DNA of 64,000 nucleotides from Microbotryum violaceum (Eukaryota): NCBI GenBank assembly GCA_001244265.2, contig CDLV01000004.1, positions 2,790,001 to 2,854,000 of the forward strand, read 5' to 3'. Shown piece by piece: positions 23,501 to 35,863 of this stretch (position 1 is its first letter; each line of letters starts with the position of its first letter). The notes under the pieces were generated by a model. It saw only the letters and a program-made list of their open reading frames with translations, ran no database searches and was not told where the DNA came from. The position numbers and the translations under genes were made by a program.

Positions 23501-26500
23501 AACATACACAGATGATGGTTTACCCCTTGGCGTTTCACGGGAAACCATCAACACCAACAACGTGACTGAACGAGCCTTCAAGACCATCCAGCAAGAGCAT
23601 CTCCACGGCCGAGCCAACAAGAGGTATTGCGTAGCACCGGACTCAAGGAGCGAATCTCGACGGAAGAGCTGACAATTCTGCTTGCGCTCTGCACTTGCTA
23701 GGATCGACAATCTCGTTGTGGTCTTACTCGACAATGCTCTAGTTTATGACATTTGGAAGGACGTATCGGATGCAAAACCGGATCATGTTCTTTGAGATAC
23801 TCTGGCAAAATTGATGGACATCTGGGACCTTGGACAGTTCCGCCCTACCGAAAAGGAGGGCCAGTGGGTGCTTAGTTTACGGTGAGGTTTTACGAGTACC
23901 AGTGCCTTGGCTACCAAGCCCTTACTGACGCGAGAATGCTTCGGATTTCAAACTCAGATCCATAGATTCATCAATCACTCTCGATACTCGCGCGCCTTAT
24001 TGTCCTTGTCGCGCATTCAAGCAAACAGGAAATAAATGCGCTCATCCTTGGGCGTGCGATCTGCTGGTTCACAATGGCGACTACCACACAGCGATGAGTG
24101 CGTCCGAGAACTTTGATCACCCTCGTAGCGTCTTCACAAGCATGCGGGACGGAACAAAATCAAGCAAGCTCCACGACGCCTCCGTCGAAGCCTTGGTCGA
24201 CAAAGTATTGGACTCTAAAATGCCATCGGCTTTGGAGGACGACAACGAGCCAAAAGAGCCCTTGTCAGAGGACGAACTCGACGAACGCAACAAGGTGGAT
24301 TCGGACGTCGAGGACGAGGACCAACGCGCTGCCGATATAGCCGATGTTGCTGAATTTCAGCCAAACTGCTCAACTGTCAAAGGTGAGCAATGTCTGAACG
24401 CCTTGCCGAAACGGAGACTTCCGTTCCAATCTGGTCTTGTTCTGTCACACAGGCAGATCAGCCAGGAATCGGCCATTGCAACCCCATCGTAGCAAGAAGA
24501 CAGCCAAACCGAAACTCTCAAAATCGAAGTCAAATTCAGGGGTCACGCTCGAGCACTCGGGGAGAGTCGATGGCAAAGCAACGGCAGCAATTAGACGTTT
24601 GATACGCGACAAGCTCAATCCTGATCAACTTCGTCCAAAAACTTCCAAACACACCATCTTTGAGAACGGAACCACTCAGTTTGGGAAGACCCGTGGACGC
24701 CCACGTGAGACGAAATTTTCCAACAGCTTATCCTCGACCAAAGATCACGCAGCTGCCAAGCGAATGGCGGCCATTCCCGAGGTCATAGACATCGAAGAAC
24801 TGAGCGACGACAAGAGGCCACCATGCCAGCTCGCGCGGTTACAAGAAGGACGTCTTCCACTCGACATCTACCATACAGTTCAGCCGGAGGAGCGCCGAAG
24901 CAATGTTTCCGCCATTAAGGACATTATCAAGTGCATTCCCAACGAGGTTCAGAAGGTTGATTGGGACGCATTCCTGGACATTCACGCCGGCGACCACGCA
25001 CCAGGTCTGAACTTGAGCTCCTTGCGCGAAATGGCCAACGCCAATTTGTGGTTGAGTGCTTCGCACATCGATGCTTTCAGCAGCGCTATCAATCGGTTCC
25101 AAGGCCAATCGCCTTTCAATGGTCGGTCAGACGAGGTTCATGACCTTGAACCAACATGCTACGCATTCTATCTCGAAGGAGGAAAATGCGCCAAGGGAAT
25201 TGGAGGCACTTGACCAACCGAGCGGCAGCAGGGGGTGAGTTCGGATGAGAGTTCGCGAGCATATCTTTCTATGACAGGAGGCCTGCCTCTTTGTTTGCGC
25301 TGCCCCTTTACCAGATTATCCTTTCTCGAACACCAGTTCTACTCTTCCCAACTCATGTCACCAATCATTGGATACTTGTTGAGGCACGCCTTTCGGATTG
25401 TACATTTCGGGTGTACGACTCTCTTTTTGGCAGGGAGAACATGCGCAAGGAGGCAAACGAAAGTCTCGATGTGAGTTCATCCCCATGACCATCACAAAGC
25501 ACTTTCAAAGGCGCTCAAACTCTGCGCAGCTGCTGACGTCATTCGCCCTTTCTGCCTGCCAGTCAATCATCACTTTCTTGGAAACTCGTGCAGAGGGACC
25601 GATAGAGCGCATCACTGGAGGCATCGATCGACCGACGGTCCCGTACAGAAATTGGAAGCGATTGATTGTCAAAGCGGCGAAGGCCGGCGATCAGCCTCAA
25701 CCGGATAGATATCCTCAACAGACTGATGGCAACGCGTGTGGGGCGTTCGTGTGCCGAGCGATGGAAACCCTGGTATGCGCAGCAGTCGCCAAAATGGAAC
25801 CCGATTGGAGCTGGGGCCCACAGGTTGAGCCGGGAAAATTTTATTCGGAGCTTCGAGACTATATGTTGGATGTCACCCTGCACTCTCGTCTACGATGCGA
25901 CATGAGCTCGTCTTGGTTTTCGGGCTCGCCGGAGTCTCCAACCGTCTCGTGTGCTACTCGTGATCCAGACAACGCGATAGATAGCAGGAAGCCTCATGGC
26001 AATACACAGCCTGGAGATCACGTCGGTGAGTTCGGATAGGATATTGAAGCTCCTGCATGCTCTATTGTCCTATGGAGCTCTGTTCTTCTCCTCATGTCCC
26101 TTGTTGTTTCGGAATGACTCACCCCTGATCTCATCACCCGGCCATTGTTTCGTGCGCAGGCTACAGCAGTGACGTTGCGGAAGAAGTCTCACAACATCAC
26201 AGTAAGTTCCAGGACAGAAAAAGCAACTTCTTGGCTTTGCTCATGCCCTTGATTCCAGATTGTCACTCAATGATCCTTCCTCTCTTCGTGTCTGCGCCGC
26301 TCTAGTTTCCACCCCTGTGTCTACAAGATCCGTAACCTTCGAGGGGTCAAGACTTGCAAGGAATGTTTTGTCCTCTGCTGATACTGTCATTATCCAGCAC
26401 CCACAACCTGGCGGTTTGTCACACGTGGGATCTGTACAAGGAAACAACATGTCGACAGCACGAACTCGTCTTGCATCGGACCAATCCGATTCGCCCCTAA

Positions 26501-27398
26501 ACCGACCAACGCTCGCCTTTCCTTCATTTTCGCCAGTATTCGCCACCCGCGATATCGAACACCTACCAAAAAATGCAAGCACTCTGCGGTTCCTCAAGAG
26601 AGTAGCCCTTCCGCTGTTGTTACTCCCAGCAAACGGCGTCATTCGGAAGCGGAAAGCGTGACCCCGAGCTCCAGTCGGCGGAAAGCTTGCTCGCAATGTC
26701 GAGACCGAAAGTTGAAGTGTGATCTAGGTCATCCATGCTCGAAGTAGGTACAGTCTAGTATTTCATCATACCAAGAAAGAGCTGACAAATGGTTTGTTCA
26801 CTTTGAGCAGCTGCACTAAGAAAAGGAGAGGTAAAGCGAGCCAAGTTTTTACATGTGAATACGTTTAAATATTGTTCAACTGCAATGATCATACAAGCAA
26901 AAGTCCGCCGATGTCAAAGCGTGACTTATTAGAGTCTGTATCTTCGCCCGATCTCCATAAACTGTTCTTCATGGATGAGAGAAGCGAGGGACCGGTGCCA
27001 ATTCTGGTCTAATCCGAGTCGGCGCAATCACGTTCGGGAGCGTCGGCCTTGGCGGTTCGGGCGCCGGACCGCTGACACCACGGGCGCGGAGAGGCCAAGC
27101 GGGGCAGAACATCGATGTAGTAGCTACTGCTTCGTCCGCCTCGTCTCACCGGCCAGAAGTACTATAGACCTATACATGCATCAAACTACTGTTCCCAGAG
27201 TGATACATCACATATTGCAAGAGATACAGGCGTCTATACTATGTGGTACCAAAGTCCCCATGAACGTGGTACAAGAATGACCTCGGATGTGATCCCAAAG
27301 TCGCCTCCGATGTGGGACCAGAGTCGCCTCCGATGTGGGACCAGAGTTGCCATCCTCGGGACCAAAGTACCCTGCTATTCGCGGGATTTACCTAATTC
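20600..27398 (+). mobile_element. Mutator-like (MULE) element, main body and one long TIR (27068-27398); currently inverted
   Basis: Encodes a MULE transposase-SWIM-Ulp1 gene. Its ~300-bp TIR matches 35291-35667 and becomes a true inverted pair once 20600-29990 is flipped back. 11-bp TSD TAAAAAATACG. Confidence 0.85.
20611..26039 (+). pseudogene. MULE DDE transposase fused to a SWIM zinc finger and a Ulp1/peptidase C48 domain (multi-exon, with stops)
   Basis: FVGLDSSWR (~22331), FMIDK (~22821), RLCQFH (~23002), NTNNVTE (~23550); SWIM CPCRAFKQTGNKCAH (~24001); Ulp1 WLSASHIDAF, FPTHVTNHWILV, VYDSL, QQTDGNACGAFV. Confidence 0.88.
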
Positions 27399-27424
27399 CG
27401 TATTTTTTATGTCTGCCCGAGGTG
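27399..27424 (-). repeat. Outer 26 bp of the KDZ K2 left TIR, displaced by the MULE insertion and the inversion
   Basis: CGTATTTTTTATGTCTGCCCGAGGTG is identical to 43031-43056. Confidence 0.9.
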
Positions 27425-27445
27425 GCTAGAACACATTGGTCAGCT

Positions 27446-29990
27446 TCCTACGGAAAATCCGCGCAACCGCAGTTGACCGCGGTTGGTGGAACAGACGTCG
27501 CCCGTCCAGCCATTCGAAAGTAACCGCGGTTCAACTTCAGGCCTAGAAAGTGGAATGCAGAGGTGTGCTTTTACCGCAGTTGCCAACCGCAGTAGCAAAT
27601 GGCAACCGCGGTCGCAACCGCACTAACCGCAGTTGTAGTAGATCAAGTGATTGCGGTTACGAACTTTAGTGACCGCGGTTGCAACCGCACATAACCGCGG
27701 TTGTAATAATGTAGTAGCCTATACTATCCCTTTCTTCGCTCTCCTTTGCATGTACAGTAAAGATATAGTAAAGTGGCACTGCCAATTCCATTGCATTAAA
27801 TCAAGCATACGACTCGAACCTTGAGCCTGAGCGCCTGAGGCCTGATGAGGCACTCGGCCTCAACTCGTGAAATCGCTAAGTCGGACCGGCTCGAAGACTC
27901 GGGCCCAGCAACGCCGACTCACCTTCCACCCTCGAATCTTGCCACTAAACCTGTCAATGACACACAAGGCTGATGATGAGTGTCGGGCTATATTCAGTGG
28001 ATCACCTCAGACTCAGTCTCGGGTAACTCACTCGACTGATCAAACTCGAAGCGTCGATCGGACGCACGCCTGCTGTTGCGCGACGGATCAGAATCAGCCC
28101 GCTCATAGTGTAGGAACGAACTGGAGACTTACCCTATAGTTCAACATCAGGTCCTGAAATATGCCTGTACACATCTTAAACATCTTCTCGTCGAGCCTGG
28201 ATAACCGACTGACTGCTCACCTCGAAGCTCCCGTCCACAGCATCGACTCGGAGGCGAAGCAGTGTGGCCTGTGGCACTGTTCTCGATGTTAATGCAAGCA
28301 TTGGCATCAGCGAGCGGACGATAGAGCAAAGCTTGCTCACACTTCTCTCGAAGTCAAGGAATGGCCACCTGTGGGCTTCCTGAACAGAGACAAGTGCAGT
28401 TGACTCGGACCGCCGAGCAAGGCTAGGTCATAGTGCAGAACGATTGATTGATGTGGTTAGTACACGGGTCGGACACGTGACACCAAAAGCACGGGCCATG
28501 TTGAGTGACCGGGTAGCATCGAGATTGTAAGTCATCTAAACTTAGTCACTGACTTGATTGGCACCAAGTCAGTGAGTCGAATGCTGCAGTCGAACGCTGC
28601 AAGTTGGCGATGCCAAAGGCGCTTCAGTTAAGTTGGCGGTGACCATGATGTCGGCATGTGTGGAGCAGGAGGGAGAGAGGCGGCGCGCGCTTCGTGCGCA
28701 CTTCAAGCAGTGAATGTCGATTTGAAATTGGAAATCTAATCGGCAAAAATATGGTTAGTTTGCCTGACTTTTGCAAGCAGGTTGGACGTATGAGGAGCAG
28801 CGCAGTGAGCAAACGAAGATGCCAAATAGAAAAGGATTGGGAACGTTAAGGAAAGAGAGAGAGAGAAAGCTGCGCCAGTCGCAGCTCGGGTATTCTAAGT
28901 CCAAGTTCAAAGAGGTCCGAGCGCGGCGCCAGGCGCAGGTGCAAAAGAACTAGCCAAGTGCTGGAAGCGAAAGGGGGCTACACCAGGTCCGTCAACGACT
29001 TCACTCATCTTGGCCAATCTCCATTCTGACCTTCGGGGACGTCTTTTGCCGGCAGCAGTCGGTCACGCGATCCCAATGGCGGTCAATGACAATAACGCCG
29101 ATGATATGAATCGAGAATTTGGCGGAGAGGCGGACAAAAATGGCAACAAAGACAATCTCCAAGGAAACCTCAATGAAACCGCAGATGAAGAGGGAGAAAA
29201 GATGGTCGTAGACGAAGAGGAGATGCGCGGTCCGAAGGAGCTCGACGATCTGGAACTCGAATTGGGCTTGGAAGCGCAGGAGGAACATGATAGTGACAGA
29301 GATACCAGCGATACGGACTCCCATGCGGGTGGAGCGCAAAGCGATGAGAACGTTCTGAGAGGCGCGAGAGAGGAAGAGGATGTCCAAGGGGAGGTAGAAG
29401 AGCCCGAGCCCACTGAAGATGAGACTGCCGCGCTTGAGGCTCATCTTGCCGAGCTTGGTGCCGAAGGTGACTCAAAGTCTTGCTGTGCTTCAAGTGGTCA
29501 TATTTGACACAAACACGAGGGCTGATGCAGTAACTACCTAATACAGGACTTCAAAGTCGAACGCTTCCACCCCATGACCTTGCAAAGCTACAACTCTACA
29601 TGTTCAAGTGGGACCATTCGCTTTCGAGGGACGCTTGGACTGACCTCCTCACATTGCTGCGCACCTACACCTTCCACAACGCCGACCTCAGCGACATTTC
29701 CGAGTACAGAATGGTCCGAGCGATACGACATCTCACCGGCTTCAGAACTGTGGAGGTCGGGAAGTGCCCCAAAGGTTGCGTGTCCTATGGCGCCAAACAG
29801 CTCGAAGATCTTGAGGAGTGTCCAACGCCCGGGTGCCGCAAGAACCGGTTCACGCTGGGGAAGAATGGCAAGAAGATTGAACGGTCAACGCAGCGTTGTT
29901 ATGACCCCGCCCCTTTTGTTGAAGCGCTTTGTGCACACCCAGTAATCAGCCCTACCCTCGCCAATGCCAAGCCGAGCAACGAGGTCGTCG
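27446..29990 (+). mobile_element. CACTA/EnSpm-type DNA transposon, 5' half (TIR + N-terminal part of the transposase)
   Basis: TIR TCCTACGGAAAATCCGCGCAACCGCAGTTGACCGCGGTTGG at 27446 with AACCGC repeats to ~27705; acidic exon 29010-29467; Cys motif KCPKGCVSY...CPTPGCRKNR typical of the Tnp2 N-terminus; cut by a copia LTR at 29991. Confidence 0.85.
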
Positions 29991-32900
29991 TTTTAGGAAC
30001 CTGAGGCCCAAGGCACGATGTACGTAAGCACGAGAGCCGAAGAAGATAGTAAAGATAGTTGGAGAAGAGAGAGAAGCGCTAAGGGCGCGCGCACTTGGAA
30101 GGCTAGAGGTGCGCGCGCGGCTAATATCAACAACTAGATACTAAACTATTCTAAGTGGGATGAAACAGTAATACCCTTTTGACACCCCCCCGTGCTGTCA
30201 TACCACTGCAACCCGCAAACCCAAGTTTTCCCGATGGAAGAGGAACGGTTTGGGACCCAAGGCCTTGGTGAAGATGTTGGCAAACATGTCTGCGGTGGCA
30301 ATATAAACGACGTCGATCTCCTTCTTGGCTACGCGTTTGCGGACGTAATGCTCGGAGATGCACACGTGACAAGACCCTTGGTGGTTGGTTGGGTGTTGAG
30401 CGAGGGCGAGAGATCCTTGGTTGTCGCCGTAGATGACGACAGGGCCCGGGACGGGATGACTGAGTTCGGCCAGAAGCTCGCTGAGGTGGGTGACGTCACC
30501 ACTGGTATACAATAGGGAGAGGTACTTGGCATCGGTGGTAGACTTGGCGACTCTGTGCTCGCGCTTCGAGCACCAAGCAATGGCACCTCCTGAGTAGATG
30601 AACGCGTAACCCATGGTCAAACGCGAGGTGGTGAAACAGGCGCCCCAATTTGCGCCCGAGTAGCCATGGAGTGGTTGGCTGGTCTTGCAATAGGTGAGAC
30701 CCAAGCCCAGCGTGCCTTTGATGTAACGGAGGACCTGCTTGATGGCTGTCCAATGCTCCGGGCCAGGCTGCTGGGAGAAGCGAGCGAGGTAGCTGACCAC
30801 GAAGGCGAGGTCCGGACGAGTTCCTACTGCTGCGTACATCAACAAACCGATGGCCTGCAAGTAGCGCGTACGATCCTGAGGAGTGGCCGCCAAATCCTTG
30901 AAGTCAAGGACAACACCTGGCTGCATTGGGATACTTGCCGGCTTGGCATCGGTGAATTGGAACCTGGCAAGGATGTCCCGAAGGTAGAGCTCTTGTGAGA
31001 GTGTGATAGAACCATCTTGTCTGCGTTTGACTTGGATGCCTAGAATATATTTGGCAGGTCCGAGGCATTTGATGCCGTATGCGAGTTCCAGCGCATCAAG
31101 CACCCGGTCAATTTCGGCGGTTGAGGGACCAACCAAAAGCAGGTCGTCAACGTACAAGGCAATATAGTGTAAGTGTCCGTTGTGTTTGCGGCGGTAGATA
31201 CAGATGTCCAACCTGGTGGGGACGTATCCGAGGGACCACAGAGTAGAGTCAATCTTGGCGTTCCAGATGGTGCCGGCCTGGCGAAGGCCGTAGATGGATT
31301 TGGACAGCTTGAGGATCTTGCCGGGCAGGTTGATGCCCTGAGGGACGCGCATGTAGAGAGGCTTGTCAAGTTTGCCGTGTAAGTACGCCTTATTGACATC
31401 GGCCTGATGGACGTGATAGCCGTTGGCCGCGGCGAGTGCAATGAGGGCTCGAATGGACATGAATTTGATGACAGGGGCGTAGGTCTTCTCAAAGTCAAGG
31501 CCAGGGCGTTGGGCACATCCGTGAGCAACAAGTCGGGCCTTGTGATTGGTGATGTCACCATGCTGGTTGCGTTTAGTCCGGAACACCCAGCCTGACCGCA
31601 GGAGGATCTCACCCGCAGGGAGCTCACAGGATTTGACGATTTGGAAGACCCCGTAATCATTTAGAAGGGAGTCGAATTCATCCTGTGCTGGAGCGCCCCA
31701 AACGTCCTCTTGTCCCGATCAAATGACGTCGCCCCAATTTGCCGGATTGCGAACAACCGACAGGTCATGATCCGCAAAGCCGGCTTTGGTTGATGAGAAG
31801 GCAAGGAGCAGACTCTTGAAAGAAGCGGAGGGTCCGTTGGGGTCTTCAACCGTCTGTTCCCGTGTGATCATGGTGGGAACGGGTTGGCGGCGAGTCCGGG
31901 GGCCATCAATGATGTTTTGAGCGTCAATTTCACCGTACTTCCCTGGATCGGGACCAACCTTGGCAACATCACCGTACTCCCAACCCGGCTTGACTTTGGT
32001 GAGTGGAGCTGGATCTGGGGGTGGTTGCGGCAGGTTCACGGCTGACTCCATTGTTGCGCTCGTGGTCGATGAGGCATCGTCGTTGACGGCCAAGCTGGTC
32101 AATGCGGGCGACGCTGGTGCCTTGACAGGCGTTGGGGCCGGTGGCTGTGGGGGAGGCTCGACAGGCATTGGAGCTTGGACAGGTGGAAGCAGGGGGCTGT
32201 AACCCGGGGTGGACGGCTGCGTCACTCGGGCGGGCGCGATCGCAAAGGGGAACTCGGTTTCTACGAACGTCACATTGCGGCCCAGTCTCACACACATTGA
32301 GGAAGGGTCAAGAAGACGGTAGGCTTTTGCGTGTCAATCATACCCAACGAAGACCAGAGAAATCCCTTTTGGATTGAGCTTGTCCCGTCTATGAGCCGGC
32401 ACGGTGGTCCAAGCGCAACAACCAAATGCCCGAAGACCCCTAACGCCTGGTGTGTGGCCCGACCATTGACGGTCTGGGACGTCTCCACCAAGAGCCGCAT
32501 GGGGCGATAGGTTTTTAACGTGGATGTAACACATAGCCGCCTCATCCCAGCACAATCATGGGAGTCCCAAGTGGGACAGGAGAGAAAGGGTGCCCTCAAT
32601 GATTGACCGGTTGGCTCACTCAGCCCGTCCGTTTTGCTCAGGCGTGTACGGTATGGTCAATTTGCAACAAATTACGCGTGCCACGCAATAGCCGTTGAAA
32701 GCAGTAGAGACATACTCGCCACCATTGTCCAAGCGAAGTGTTTTGACCCTGCGACCCGTGGCATTTTCGATCTCCAAGAGCCAATCCTTGAATGTCTGAA
32801 AGACCTCGCTCTTGTGCCCGATGAGGTAAACCCAAGTCTTCCTCGAGAAGTTGTCAATGAACGCAATGAGGTATTGCTTATGGCTTAAGGATTCCTTGGG

Positions 32901-34836
32901 GAAAGATAAGACGTCCAAGTGCACCAACGCGAGTGGTTCAGCTGCATGCGACGACGACGAGGGGAAAGGCAAATGATGGGCCTTGGGGGCAAGGCAGGCA
33001 TTGCAAGAGAAGTCTACACACTCAAAGTCACTATAGGGCCAATCCAAACCCTCCACCTGGCCGGAGGCCGCCAGTTTTTTGAGTGTCTGGACAGAGGTGT
33101 GGCCGTAGCGGCGGTGAAGGGTAAGTAAAGGTAGCCTAGTGGACTTGGTGGAGACGAGCGAGGGTAGCGCACCTTTGCTGCCAGCGCGGACTGAAGCGTT
33201 GAGTTTGTAAACGCGGGACGCGATAGCTGATACTGTAGCAAAGCAACCTTGCGGCGTGCGGAGCTTGATGTGTCCGCGTTCGAAGGTGATGCGAACGCCT
33301 TTGCGGTCGAAGGCCCGGACCGAGATGAGGTTAGCCAGGCTTTCGGGAGCGTAGATCACGTTGTTGAGCGTGAACATGGTACCCGTATCGGAGACGAGCT
33401 TGATTGAGCCGATTCCCGAGGCCCTCAACGTTCCCCCCAGACCCTGCAGGGCTTGCTGGGTAGGTGAAAGGGGACCGTCAAAGAAGGACGCATTGTTGAT
33501 GATGTGGCACGCCGACGCCGAGTCCAGCAGAAGGATGAAAGGTTGTCCGACGTTGACAAACATGGCAGAAGAAAAGAAGGACATGTCTTGATCCTTGGAC
33601 GCTTCCGCGGCGGCCACGAGAGCGGTCGTAGTCAATGATGACGCACCTTGGAGTGCCTTCATGGCGTTCCTAAGCTCGACGTATTTGGCTCGCTTGCGCA
33701 AGTCCGGACACTTGTCGAGCCAGTGTTTGCCTTGACCGCAAGCCGGGCAGTTGCTCGGGCAGGACCAGATCGATCCCATTTCCCCTTTTTGCCAGGAGCA
33801 GCGCTTGTGGTCGGCGTGACCGCCTTTGCTACGAGGGCCGGGTTCGACTCGTTGCGCAAAGTCCGAGCGACAGTCTCCATCAACGCGAAGATTTGTTCGA
33901 CGCGCGGCAGCCTGTTGTCACGAATGTTCATCGCGTAGAACGTTGTGCGCCATCCATCGAAAATGTGCGGCAAGTCGTCAAGGGCCCGGGCCGCGATGGC
34001 CTGTTCAAGGTCTAGCTGGGCCATTCGAAGGTGGTTGACAAGAATCATGGCTCGATTTGTCCATGCGTTGAAACCAGCCCAAGTGGGCGGGCATGGTGGC
34101 ATGCTGAAATAGTCCTCGATGAGTGCCGAGTACGCTTGGGCATTGCTGGGAGCATAGCGTGCGGCGAGGGCAAGCCAGCATTGGTGCGCCGAGCCGCCCG
34201 TCTGAACGATTGGGCCGATGGTGGCCTTCGTGGTGACTGTGAGCGATCCCGCTAGCGCGCGGGCCGCGTAATCCTCCCAGCGCGAGCGTAAGGCGAGAGG
34301 CCAAGAGGGGTCGTGCGTGCCCTTGCGCAGGTATGCGCAGACTTCGCGGGCAAAGGTGACCGACATGGTCAGGTCCCAGTCAACGTAGTTGTCTTCCGTG
34401 AGTTTCGAGTTGTCGGGGAAGACCGGAGGGTTGGCTGGGGGTAGGAGCTGACGCATGGAGAATGCGTCGTCGTCCCGTGCGGGGCGCTGGTTCCTAATCA
34501 GCTCGTCGAATTGCTCTTGAGTGAGCGTGACGGAGGTAGTGGGGCGACGTCGTTGATTGACGAAGGTGGTGGAGGCGTTGTTGCCATGTCACTCTGGACG
34601 TCGAGGTCGCCCGCCGCTGATGGGCTAGGTGGGCTCATAACCTTTTAGGAACCTGAGGCCCGAGGCACGATGTACGTAAGCACGAGAGCCGAAGAAGATA
34701 GTAAAGATAGTTGGAGAAGAGAGAGAAGCGCTAAGGGCGCGCGCACTTGGAAGGCTAGAGGCGCGCGCGCGGCTAATATCAACAACTAGATACTAAACTA
34801 TTCTAAGTGGGATGAAACAGTAATACCCTTTTGACA
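29991..34836 (-). mobile_element. Ty1/copia LTR retrotransposon C2, near-identical inverted copy of C1 without the gypsy insertion
   Basis: 194-bp LTRs at 34643-34836 and 29991-30184; PBS at 34631-34642; gag-pol 34587-30198 with stops; 462-aa RT/RNase H ORF at 30198-31586. Confidence 0.96.
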
Positions 34837-35667
34837 TGCGATTGGCGCCATCTACCTTGAAGGTAAACCCCTCACTAGGCGTCGTTTGCTCGAGATGCAC
34901 AGTATTTCCGCGCGACTAAGATAGGGAGGAGTGTTTACGTGAGGACTTTATGTGTAAGAAGAAAGAGAGTGGGGGAAAGACCAATGAGCGTGTGAAGCTC
35001 TGAGGAAAGGAGCTGCTTTCAGGGGCATTCGTGTGTTTGCCGGTGTAGCCCGTCAAACGACGAGCGCCTGCGAGTTTTGGCGCGGTTCCAGGGCTTTCGC
35101 CGAATATTTGAATTTTCTCGAATAAGGGTGCTAACGATTGCAGGCCTAAGGAACACTACAGCTCACCCATGTAGTGATTATGTCATTACCGCATAAGTAT
35201 TCTAGTCAGCAAGAAAAAACCGTTTGCTCCACCCTATGATATTTATTGCAAGCTACGCTTGCTGCCTCGTGACGATCGGCGTAAGGTTTAACCGCTGACA
35301 CGGGCGCGGAGCGGCACAGCGGGGAAGAACCCCGATGTAGCAACTACTGCATTGTCCGCCTCGTCTCACCCGCCAGAAGTACTATAGACCTGTACATACA
35401 TCATACTACATTCCCCAGAGTGATACATTACATATTGCAAGAGATACAGGCCTCTACACTATGTGGTACCAAAGTTCCCATGAACGTGGTACAAGAATGA
35501 CCTCGGATGTGATCCCAAAGTCCGCTCGGATGTGATCCCAAAGTCGCCTCCGATGTGGGACCAGAGTTGCCTCCGATGTGGGACCAGAGTGCCTCCGACG
35601 TGGGCCCAAAAGCCGACCTTATGTGAGCCCAAAGTGACAAGCGAGTACAGCGGTTATGTGTGCGTGC
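34837..35667 (-). mobile_element. MULE element 5' portion: promoter/leader and second long TIR (35291-35667)
   Basis: Repeat of 27068-27398 including GATGTG(G/A)(G/T)(A/C)CCA(G/A)AGT subrepeats; joins to 20600 through the copia TSD TCGCA. Confidence 0.82.
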
Positions 35668-35863
35668 TAAAAAATACGCCTAAACAGGCGCGCGCGCAGC
35701 GCCCCCTCACGTGCCTTCCAAGTCACTGCCCCAGCGGGGTGTACCCTTGCTACCCCAGGGCGCCGACTTGGCCCAGGTTACACCCAACTCTCTGCTTCGA
35801 GTCGATTCTGTGTACACACAACACTCTCACAGCTGCTAGATTGATTAGGAAAGTGGGTAGTAG

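Noticed and set aside
27285-35630. Short GATGTGGGACCAGAGT-type repeats and the 22-bp array at 2631 as possible CRISPR arrays
   Set aside because: They are tandem with no unique spacers, there are no cas genes, and the context is eukaryotic; the former are MULE TIR subrepeats.
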